Notes under the pieces: generated by a model
Seen by the model: the letters and a program-made list of their open reading frames with translations, nothing else
What the model was told of the DNA's origin: nothing
Database searches by the model: none
Shown here: in pieces, positions 1 through 11,376 of the stretch
Numbering within the stretch: the stretch's first letter is position 1
Layout of the letters: each line of letters begins with the position of its first letter
From: Bugula neritina
Lineage: Eukaryota; Animalia; Bryozoa
NCBI GenBank assembly: GCA_964035545.1
Contig: OZ037765.1
Span: forward strand, 3,410,001-3,474,000
Reading direction: 5' to 3'
Length of the DNA stretch: 64,000 bases
Program-made: the position numbers and the translations under genes

Positions 1-25
1 CATTACAAAGATGGCTGACACATAC

Positions 26-3000
26 CTTGAGTTGGTAGTTCACAAATAGGAGGATTGTCAGACCATTCTCCTTTACCATCTACTAATTCACATGTGATGG
101 CAACAGGACCTTTTCTGATAAAACCCTCTTTACAATCATAATTCAGAGTGGAGCTCAGTTTCCAGCTTTTATCAACAACTGGTGTTTCAAGATTTGTTAC
201 AGATTGTGGTGTTGAGCATGTGATTGGTTGAACCACTGAAATAAAACAAATTTAAATTTCGGAAACATTTTAAAAAGGTAAAAAGAATAATAGTTTGAGC
301 TAAGGAAATGTAGTTGCCGGAAATAATGCTGTTATATAAACAGTCACATTGTCTATGCTATCTACATGCGTAATGGATCTCTTTTTCCTAGATGACAACT
401 TTTCAACAAAAACAACCATAGAGTCATATTCTTTTAGAATATCATCAGATGAATTGATGTTTGGTAAGGGTTTCCTCTGATGGGTTAACTTTATTAAATA
501 TTATTGCCGTATGTCAACATTGGTTCTAAAATATTAAAGCAATGACTTCATTTACTAGCAACAAGTGACCAAAAATGTTTAAATTACTCGAAACCTTTGG
601 CTTTATGTTTATTCCAACTCGTTAAGCTTCAAAGTTCAGAGCAGCTTGCATTAAAATTTACCTTTTAAAATTGTGGTGAGCATAAAGTTATCTACCTTCA
701 GGTTTAGTCCAGAACACAACTTCTCTGGAACTTTCTCCAAACTCATTTCCAGACAGAAGAGCTTTAACTGTACAGCTGTATTCTACTTGACTATAAAGTG
801 ATTCTATAGTAAGAGAGGTGGTAGAAGAGTCAGATGTTGTATAGTACTTCACTGAGTTCACTGTCACACTATCATTAAAGGTGTTGTTGGTTGTGATGCA
901 TGTTGCCTGTAGCCAGTAATCAAAACAGTATATAAAGTAAAGATCATTTACTTTTATCTATTTCATATTGTCATGTTTAAAAATGCTCTGTTTAAACAAG
1001 CTGCAAAAAATATGTTAATTTTTCACTTCTGGGTTAATTTAAAACAAATTCAAATGCCAAAGGTATATTGATGTGTAAGAAATGACCGAGAGCTAGCCAG
1101 TTACCAACAAAACTTATAGAGTTGAAAAAGAGAACAAAGTATGTTAAGTGTGCTTGATAACATGCAGAGCATACATAGAAGTGCACCTGAAGAAGTATAG
1201 CAATAAGTTGACTTAAACTCTAAAATTAACAAAATTGAAGTTACGCTGAACTTTTTCCTGTTCTAATTTATACTATACTCACCTGATACTGTTGAATAGA
1301 GTAGATCTTATCTGTATAGACTACAGGAGACCAGGAGATAGTAACTGAAGTAGAAGTTCTGCTGTGAACTGTCAGTTCATTTGGTGAGTTTGGGGCTATA
1401 AAATTGATATTATCGTAAGAAATGATCACTTTTATTACTCAAGAACTTTTTTTGACTATAAAAAATGTCTCAGTGTTGCTAAAATAAGTTTCAAACCAAA
1501 ATTTAGAAAGTTTCAATTTGATCTATATAATATCCATTCTTCAACCCATGACGGCTTCATTGACTATTTATAAACTTTTATTAGATGTAAATCATTTAAA
1601 AACTGCATTTATGTCTTCACTAATATAATCTTCATTATATGGTAACCTAAATCCTAATCTATGTAAGAGAAAAATAAAATATCTGAAACTATTAAAGACC
1701 TATTAACCTTTAAATCTTTAAAACACATAATTATAGAAGCACACATTATATATACACATGTATAAGCCCGCTGGCATGCACATTGCATTCATGCATATTA
1801 TAATATACTTGCAATAGCTTCTACTCACCTTTACTAGTTGTGTATTCTTCTTGCCATATTATATTCTCATGTCCATCTAGTAGTTCTACTATAACAGTCA
1901 GTTCAAATGTCACACCTTGCTGTTTAATGAAATTCCATGGGCCTGTTTTCATCTGATTGGATAATTGTCCACTTCCATAAGTTAATGTAACACTGGATAC
2001 ACAGTCATCAGCTTCCTGTTACAGAGAATGTGTTTAAATAAGTTTTGGCCTAATTTAAGAAAATAGAAGCAGAAGTAAATTGCGATGGCTTCAGAACAAT
2101 CTCAACAGTGTGAATTGTGATCAATTTGTACATTAATCATGATTATTACACAAATCTATATATTATACCCAAGTAATACACAATAATAATACTGTTTATA
2201 TGTAAATAATTGCAAAGCTATATAGGCTACTATAGGTATTACTATATACTCATATTACTCAAAACATATTCCCCAACCAAATCCTAAAACTGAAATATAA
2301 GCAAAGATAAAATATATAGACCTACTAGCAAAAGTACACTATACTCAATGCATATTCCTAACTTAATCCTAATTATCCTACAGTTATAGTGAAGTATCTA
2401 TATAACTGAAGCATTACCTTGACATATTGAACCCAACCATTGCTGAATTAAGCTTATGAAGAATAAAGCAGTAAAAATTCATCTATGTATTTCTAACTGT
2501 AGAAACCTATTTTACTTATATTATAGATAATACTATATAAGATACTTTAGAAAATTGAATAACAATATTTATATTTTGAGTAAATCTACTAAAATGGCAC
2601 ATTAAGACCGTTTCAACTACTTTCATAGTATCGAAATAATCCAATATGATATTATTATATAGTCCAAAATTCATATGATCTAAAACTATAGACTGTATAT
2701 AATAATATAGACTTACAAATGAAGGAACAGACACAGTAAATATTCTCCCTTCTTCTGGTTTCAGAATTCCACTTTCTGTTATGATGACCTTCCCAGGTGC
2801 TAATTTACCTCTTTCTGTAGAATGTAAAATATATATTCATTAGCAAAAAATATTCGTAACAGAGACAAATACTTAAGATGCAGGAGTCATTGCTCCAACC
2901 TGCAAAACTATAAAAATACAGTTAACGTACTAATCTGCTTTTAGGTAAGAATTATTTAAATAGCAATTTACCTGCACAGAACAGAGTGCTGACTGTGGAG

Positions 3001-6000
3001 ACATCTTGTGTTAACTCTTCACCATTATAATTCCTCACAGTTACTACTCTAGCATAGTGAGGTCGTTGTATATTCAGATTACTAATCACAGTCTCTCTGT
3101 AATCTATAGAAACTAATTTAGAGCTTATTATTGTGTTGAAGTTGGAGTTGTCTGAACATTCTATTTTAAAATGAGTAGTTGTGAGCTCCTGATTGGGTGT
3201 AGTAACTGGGAATTTCCATGTAATTCTGATTTCTTCTGGTGACACATCTGTGTGAGAAGATACTGGGTCTCCAGATAACTTAAAGATTTCTAAAAGTAAC
3301 AATCAGCAACTTAATTATTACACTCAACATCGGTTAACTAGTAAAAATGAAAATAATACAATTTTACCTTTTTACAATTATAGCAAACTACACTAAGTAT
3401 AGTTTAATGAGCATAAATATTATCTATATAAAATAATGGTTTATATAGATCTTATGACATTAATAAATTTAGTTTGCAGCAAAGATTTTAAACAAAGCTT
3501 GCATATAACAGCCTTTAAGTTTCAAATTTGAACCTATGAAGAGTACATCTCCAAAAGTATATACAAGTTTACACACAAAAAAACAAAACAGGTAGTTTTA
3601 TAATGCAGTTTTGTTAGTGTGGTAAACTCAGATTATAAAACAGTAGTCTAGTAAAACAAACAAAGTTTAATTTAAGTATAACAAATATTGTTATAGCCAG
3701 GACAGAATGTGATGTCATCATATTGCAATAGTAGATGGTAATAAATAAATATTATATGATCAAGAATAGCGATGCATGGTTTGATTTAAATACAAATAAA
3801 TAGCTAAACTTGTAGAAACCTACTGAATGGTGGTTATAATATTCAAGCAGATACGTGAAAACTTACTATCAGAATTTTCGCTAAACCTATACGGTTGAGG
3901 GAACAAATTAATATTTTCACATCTCCTTTGCTTAGCTAAGCTGATAATATAATTTTACACTTTGAGCAAAAAACAGTGCTTTCTTTTAAACATTCAGGTA
4001 AAAAATGGCTTCACCCTGTGAAATCTTTAATTTCAAACCTAAAGTAAAATAATATATAAGGTGAGCTAGTTTGAGCCTGATGCCTGCAGTTACAAACATG
4101 CCTGGGACATATTCTTGCAATATATATTTTGGTTTGTAGTTATTCTACAAGTTATAATAAAACAGAAAATTAAACAAGTAATTTATAAGCTATCGTGATA
4201 TAACAAATTATAGATATATGTGCCGCTGTGTGCCTATACAATGGATATTTAAGATCAAAACTTTAAGATGAGCAAATTCAAATACTATATTATATATACT
4301 ATATATATAGTTTTAGTGGCTCAACTTGCATTTAGTCACTGGCAGAACACATAATTGCAAAACTTTTTCCCTCACTGGGAATCCGACCTTAGATTTTTTT
4401 GACTTGCAAGCATGCGTGCAATGGCCAATTACACTTCTGGGATTCCTAATAACAATATTAAACTGGAAATGCTGTTTGTAAAATTGCATTTTCGGCAAAA
4501 CTATGCAATATATATGAATATTTAGTCGACAGAGATATTACTAACTGTTGAGAACACCAAGTTTGTTATGTGAATGTTTAGAGTTTTGATTATACGTGAA
4601 CTTAGCTTGCTTAATTGTAGGAAACAAAATTGTTGACTTTCTCAACTTTCAGCATAAATAAAAAACTCAAAGCTCTATACTCTGGTCTCACACGTTTCCA
4701 ACTTTCTCTCTTTCCCAACTGAGAACACAAGATTTGTTTCAATTTTCATGCCACTTGTGACTCAACCACCATACACATTTGCTGATTACGGATAACGGGC
4801 TCAAGTAGCTGTTAAAATTATGGGAAAAATATCAATCAAATTATACTTAAAAAAGCTTCAGGTTGTGCTGTGCACTTGTTATTGGTCAATAATCCACAGT
4901 TAATTGCACCAGTATAATATAATCACCTGCTATGTAGGCTCTCAGTGCTACTGCTCTAGTTTCTGTGACAACATCTGAAGCTGTGAGTCTGTCTACTCTG
5001 TCTGTTTTAGGGAAAATTATATAAGCTGGAGGATCTCCAACCACTTTAAATCTAAATGAGACGAGGTTACCTTTACAACCAGATTTACTCAAGTCTTCTA
5101 CATACAGAGCAAGAAAGTCTCCTTTTCTAACTACTTCTGTAGAGTTCTGTATAAACTGGAATCTGATTCCTCCTGTAGATGCATCTTCAGGTGTGAGTAG
5201 AGTTTCTGTAATCAGATTGAATACAGCAGAGTTACCTTCTCCTGTCTGTCTCCAGATAGCAGCATATGAGTCACAGTAGTCAGTAGAATGACCAATCATA
5301 TACTTCCAGCCAACTAAATATCCGTCTGCTTCTATCTTATAGTTGAAGAGTAACATGAGAGCAGTTCCAGCTGATCCATAATTTATTATCTTTGTGTTGG
5401 TTGTACTGTCAGAGTTATCTGAAATTAATAATATGGTATGCTTATAATAAAATTTATCATTTATCAGATATAGTGCAAATCACTTTTAATATAGGAATTT
5501 ACATGCCTGATTATCACGCTATTTAATTATCTCATATCAAATCATACTTTTTTTCTTTAAATGTGTTATATTAAAACAGTTAGTATCCTGGGTTCATCCT
5601 TAAACGTGTAGCTCAATGACCTTTTGTAATTAGCAACTTAAAGGTATATATAGAATGCAAATTACAGTATTTTGTTATATCAATTTAATTCGATGTTGCC
5701 ATGGTTCATAGGATATATTTATACTATTTATATTATGAGTTGTGCTCTCTAAAAAACTGATGACCCATTTCAGCTCAGCTGCACCTATACATTTACACTA
5801 TAACAAGTGTAATGCAATATATTGTTTGACAATATATCTCTCTGGTTTGAAAAGTGTAAAAATTATATATAGAATGCACACCAAACCTGCTACAACATGT
5901 TACTTTGAGTACATAAAAGTATATAAAAGAAGTATTGCAGTTCTCTGGTAATACCAATGGCTTCCAGCAAAGAATAAATGTATTTCGCACATTTCTTTGA

Positions 6001-7313
6001 TAAATGCGTTTTTATAACTGCATATGTTGAACAAGTAATAAAATAACCTCATTAGATAAATATTACATTTTACTAATCTATTGTATTTCATATTTGCTGC
6101 AAAGCACGTGCGTGGCAAATTTGCCCGCTATCAATAGCTTACATTTTGTTCTCTGAACACATGTATACGTTATAAATACTAAAGTTCTAACATGTTTTAA
6201 ATTCATTTTATGTTTCATACTTCAGATCCCTGAATGTGCATGATATATTAATATTAGAAAAAGACAATATCTATGCTTAAGAGTCTACATTGAGCCAAAG
6301 GACCCTATACCCTATTAACTGACAAAGAAGAAAGTGAATCAATGGATAATTTGTCTAGCAGAGAACTTACTATTAATGCTAAAGTTGCTAATGGTGATGA
6401 CAAACTTGCCTGAATATTGCTGGATTGAGGTGAACAAAATAACAGAACAAAACAAAACAACGTGCTTGGTTGTTGATAAGAATGCTGAAAAGTATTCACA
6501 GAATTACTTTAATCAGTTTAGTACCCTACCTAAGGGGACTGGCAGACCATCAAAGGTGATCGAATATGTTGGGACTTTACATAAGCTGGGAAAGCTTATT
6601 AGCTTTTCACATATCATCTCAGCTATATTATGCTTTTCCACTTTAATCATTATAGCTAATACACAAAAGCTAACTTTTTTACTATAGTACTTTTTTACTT
6701 ATAAGTACTATAAAAACCCAGCGGTTTTTCACTTATCCAGACTTGCAGTATTTCACACTTGTACTTGCAACTTATAACTCATAAGATAACTTACTTTTAC
6801 ACATCGATTTTTTTCAGTCTGCTATAATTATTATTTATTTCTCTAACTTAAAACACAACATGTTATGCAGAATAGAATATTATAATCTTGTGGAAATGCA
6901 AGATAACAAAAACATTTAATAGAAAAAGAGTATGACAAAATTTTCAGTTGTAATATTATAGGTCTCTGCTTGTGGCATGTAATTTTTCAATCTATACACT
7001 TCAATTTTGCTCAAAAATGCTTTCTCTTTTACTTTTTACATTTATATCATAATTAGGCTAATAGTTATATGCATTTGCACCCAATTTGATATCAGTTATT
7101 AGACATTTTATAATATTCGGCAAAATTTTGCTATATAAAAATTGACCAGGTTGCATACCATTAGTAATATTAGATTTGCAATAGCCTTGTTGTATACATA
7201 TAACTTGATATCAATTTGAAAATATGTAATACTTGTTTTTTATTTCAGCATGAAAATTTGTAATTTGCATGCGCTCAGTGCATCATGCATATATATGTAT
7301 ATATATATATATG

Positions 7314-7345
<32 letters not shown>

Positions 7346-7347
7346 AT

Positions 7348-7401
<54 letters not shown>

Positions 7402-8926
7402 GCGCATCGTATTCTAGCAGTACTGCTGCAGAGAAAAGTGAACTGAGACAAGTTTACCTAATCAAGTATGTAGAACCAACACCAACTATATTAGAAAATA
7501 TAACTCAAAAGGTGATTGAAGCAAATTTTGGGTTAATTCTTTTTTGTTTATGTAGAGTTTTGCTAATATTAATTAAAAACTATTTATCAACATTTACTTG
7601 GTTTTGCTACAAGTTTTCATAAGTTTCTTGTTTTTATCAATTTTAAAAATAAATCAAAGTTGCTATAATAACTAAATCTAGTTCAATAATTGAACGTATG
7701 AATTTTTAAACTAGGGTGAAAAATTTTCAATCAAAAAGCTGTAGCTATAAAAAATCAAAATTTTCACTCATACCTGAATACCAGAGAGGGAGGTTAAAGT
7801 ACTGATAGTCTGTATGTTTTTCTGCTGTCACTCCGGTATCATCTGATCTCTTATTGACAATCTCACATTGATCTCCACTCACTGACTTCACTATAGAACT
7901 ACAGTTATAACTGATGTCTTCATCTTCTAAACAGAAACTCATACAGTCTCTGAGGTCTGATGTACTTGTCTGGTTGTACTTCTGTACTCCACTGTTTAGA
8001 TAGTCACCTCTAGTAGCTGTCCATGGCTGCCATATTCCTGTGAAATACAATACTCTATGAGAGATTGTACACAAAAATCCGTTTAAAACTAGACCCATGA
8101 TTACTTGTTGCCTAAAACATTTCATCAGTCATATTTTAAGTTCAGATTTAAGGAAATATAGAAGTTGATAGATTGATCTGGTAATTTGCTATACGCACTC
8201 AAAAATCTAAAGTCTTTCTGCAACATTTATAATTTATTTGAGTATATAAAATTAAAATTTTCTCAAAACGTGCTATAGACTTACTATCTGATGTTGTATT
8301 GCAATCCTATATATAGTCACTCGATTTCATAAATACTCACCAGCACAGTTTGGTCTAACAGAGTATCTCCACTGACTATCAAAACTACTAATAGTAGCAG
8401 TCTGGGTATTCTCTGCTAACAGTTGACAGTTTCCATCCTCAATTTTGTAGTTTATTGAGGCACATATAAATGTTGTCTGTTGCATACACTGAGCTCTACA
8501 CTCATCTTCACTGTTTACAGAGAGAGTCTTTATACTACCAGATGTTATGTGAGGATCTAGTCTACCCACACCTGATGTCCAGTCACAGGTTAGTCCTGAA
8601 AATATGCATAAGATGCTATTGCCATATTTTATTCAGGTTATATAATGCTAGCTGGAAAGTTTTATGACTTAATACTAACTTTGTAAAGCTTTTTAGAATA
8701 GCAAGAGTTTACTATGGGTTTATACATTTGAGAGCTTGTATTGCTATAATAATTGCGTCAATGTGTACAATTTCTATGTATATGCTCCAAATAATGGTCA
8801 TAAAAAACTTAATAGATTGCATTATAAAAACAATATTATATCTAACATACCTTGTGCTGGTGCAGAGATAGACACAGTAACTAGAAAGAACTGCAAAGTA
8901 AAACACAAGTACAGTATTCTCTCCAT
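26..8926 (-). CDS. Receptor copy 1 (PAN-PAN-variable-FN3x3-[exon 10 decayed]-Sushi); TM/tail exon lies off the window edge
   Basis: GT-AG exons: 8851-8926 (signal peptide MERILYLCFTLQFFLVTVSISAPAQ), 8341-8595, 7774-8037, 4927-5418, 2972-3289, 2717-2814, 1829-2015, 1283-1395, 696-906, [318-525 disrupted], 26-235. All are open except exon 10 (TAA TAA at 491-496, small indels, ~187-bp deletion removing the donor). Either functional through exon skipping or a pseudogene. Confidence 0.75.
7288..7400. repeat. (TA)n microsatellite in intron 3 of copy 1
   Basis: Interrupted TA dinucleotide run, ~110 bp. Confidence 0.95.
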
Positions 8927-8951
8927 GTTAACACTACTTAGTAACGTCTAT

Positions 8952-9095
8952 ACACTGAAGTAGTGTTTAGTAAAGTTATACTTTTATACAAATAAATCAC
9001 AATAGCCACAGTCTTTCACTATTAGCGGCTACTATAATATATGTATTGTACTTGAAAGAATAGAAAGTCACAAGAATGTATTACAAGGAGGAAGT
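8952..9095 (-). promoter_or_regulatory. Putative core promoter of copy 1: TATAAAAG plus Inr-like TCAGT, upstream ETS-type GAGGAAGT
   Basis: Minus-strand TATAAAAG at 8988-8981 and TCAGTGT at 8958-8952 (A+1 at 8956, 32 nt from the TATA start, 30 nt before the ATG). GAGGAAGT at 9088-9095 (+). The same layout occurs before copies 2-5, where the box reads TATAGAAG. Confidence 0.5.
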
Positions 9096-9872
9096 TGAAA
9101 AACTCTATACAAATACTTTAACCAGTACTGTATAATAAGTATTCATTTTTTCACTCCCAATGCATTTTGTTATTTTGAAGGTTGTGTCCCCTGTACTAGG
9201 TAATAGAAGTTGCACTGATTCAATATATTGTTAAGATCATGTAATAAATGGATTGCTCCTTAATTCATTATAGATAAAGCTACTAGACATACACCAGTCA
9301 GCAAGGGAGGTAATTAAGTAACATTAGTTCAAGATCAGGTTTAGGTTCAGATTAACTCCTAATACCAAAGAAAGCAAATAATGGAAGCATCCACTTTCAC
9401 CTTTAAACAATTCCACTTCTATTTTTGCTGATTGAGGTAATTTGATAAAAATGTCAAAATGAAGTTATACTGTCTAACAAATCATTAGGATTTTCTCGCA
9501 TTTGTATTTACATACATGTATGTAGTTAAATTATTGTGGATATAGCTATTAAGATAGTTGATTGCATAAAGATAAAAAGCAAATTTACACTATATCTTAT
9601 AACATAATAACTTTTGAATGAGTAAATGTGAAAATTCAGAACAAAATATATACCTATGGTTATGTTTCATCAAAGAATTTGAAGCACTATTTTGTAGAGC
9701 AGAAAAGTAGCACAAGCATATAACATTCGAATAAACATTTCACTCACATTCTTCAAGGTTTTTATGCATGAAAACCACCTTTCGCTGCAAAGCACTCAAC
9801 TGGCTTTGAATAATAAAAGCTGCCAAGCTTTTGTGGAGTTATGAATTATTGCAGCTTCTGAAAAAAAATTTA

Positions 9873-9922
9873 ATTTAATTTTTTTGTTCTCACTCTGCAG
9901 AGTGAGAACAAAAAAATTAAAT
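9873..9922. repeat. 50-bp perfect palindrome
   Basis: ATTTAATTTTTTTGTTCTCACTCTG|CAGAGTGAGAACAAAAAAATTAAAT, no loop. Confidence 0.95.
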
Positions 9923-10665
9923 GTGGTCAGCTAATTTACATTGACCTTTTGACTTTGCTACCAGAAGTAGTTGTTTTAATAGTCTTCGTATATAAATAAT
10001 TAGGATACATCTGTGTGTTGTGTTCTTTGTTTACAACTTGTCTCCTCTATAAACTGTAAAACTCAATATAAAACTTACTCAAACGACATTCAATGTTTAA
10101 TATCTGCTAAAAGCTATGATGATTTTCTACATCTTTTGACTCCTATATATAGTATTTGTAAATTGTTGAAAGAAAGCTGTTTCATACTGAGTGTCTGACA
10201 AAGTCACACTCTAGTCACCATAATGCATTTATGTCATCCGAATAATGATAATAGTAATTTATGCAGTTCTGTTTATCAAAGTTATCAAAAGCAGGGCCAA
10301 AATATAATCAACAATGGAATAAGTCAAAAGTTGTGCAACCTCCACCACTTTTACAGTTATATGATTGCATAAGTATAGTAAAATATATTGTAGTGCTCTA
10401 ATGCCATATGCCAAGGTTATCTTTTAATAAAATAAAAATATATGCGGGTCATTTCACAATTTCAGCACAAATATTTTATAATTTTACTTTTTAATTAGCT
10501 TTATTGTAATAATAATAGAACTGCTTTTTATGTTGTAGTTGATATTTAATAGGAATAGTTATGTAAACAGGCAGTCACGGTATTAAATCATTTTTTGCAA
10601 GAAAAACAATTTCTAAAGCATATTATAGAGCAACATACATTACAGATAAATTAAGTCAGAAATAG

Positions 10666-10671
10666 TTTATT
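10666..10671 (-). terminator. Candidate polyadenylation signal AATAAA for copy 2
   Basis: AATAAA on the minus strand ~370 nt after the stop; retained at equivalent sites downstream of copies 3, 5 and 6. The region is AT-rich, so evidence is weak. Confidence 0.3.
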
Positions 10672-11041
10672 CATATTTTGTAATCCAAAAGCTAGCAGCT
10701 AAAAATATGATGACAAAATTTACTTTATCATGGACAAGAAAATTAAAACAAATCCAGCAGGAAGCATATTTCTATGAAACGGTGGAAGTGCAGATATGTA
10801 GTTTTAAGCAATAGTATATGTCATAATAAAACACTTTCTAAAAATTAGTTTAATCTCAAACAAGCTGAATGGATTTCTTATTTCAATCCAACAAAGACCT
10901 AAAGTTATTTCTCTATAAGATCATAGTTTTAACACATTACTATAAAATGCACATTTAGGACAATTATTATATTTAAAATTTAACTTCTGGCATATTAAAA
11001 GCTCAGTAAGCAGTAAGAATTGTTTCTGAATTGAGTTTGTT

Positions 11042-11376
11042 TCAAGCTTTGTTGCTGATTGTTGGAGTATTTTCATAGCAGACATGTTCCGTCTGTTTAG
11101 TTACTTTCTCATAGACATGGTCATCTGATGTAGCCTGGAAACTTGTTGTCTCATACTCAGCACTTTGTACTGGTACATCTCGTGTACCACCCTGATTCTT
11201 AGAAGATGTAGGTGTCAGTCCCACTTCTTCATATTCAGTATTAGGCTGAGCTCTATTCTCTTCAGACTCAGTACCAGAAGATCTTCTCGCCAACATCACA
11301 ATAATAATCACTGCTTGTAAAATAATGATGAAACCCATTGGAACACCAACTGCTACTCCAACCACCCAGCCTGCTT
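11042..11376 (-). CDS. Copy 2 exon 12: transmembrane helix and Tyr-motif cytoplasmic tail
   Basis: WVVGVAVGVPMGFIIILQAVIIIVMLA followed by RR stop-transfer; tail contains YEEV, YETT, YEKV and YENT; TGA at 11042-11044. Confidence 0.9.

Noticed and set aside
6334-6687. 117-aa plus-strand intronic ORF (and 29740-30054)
   Set aside because: The reading frame is not preserved in paralogous introns and there are no recognisable motifs.
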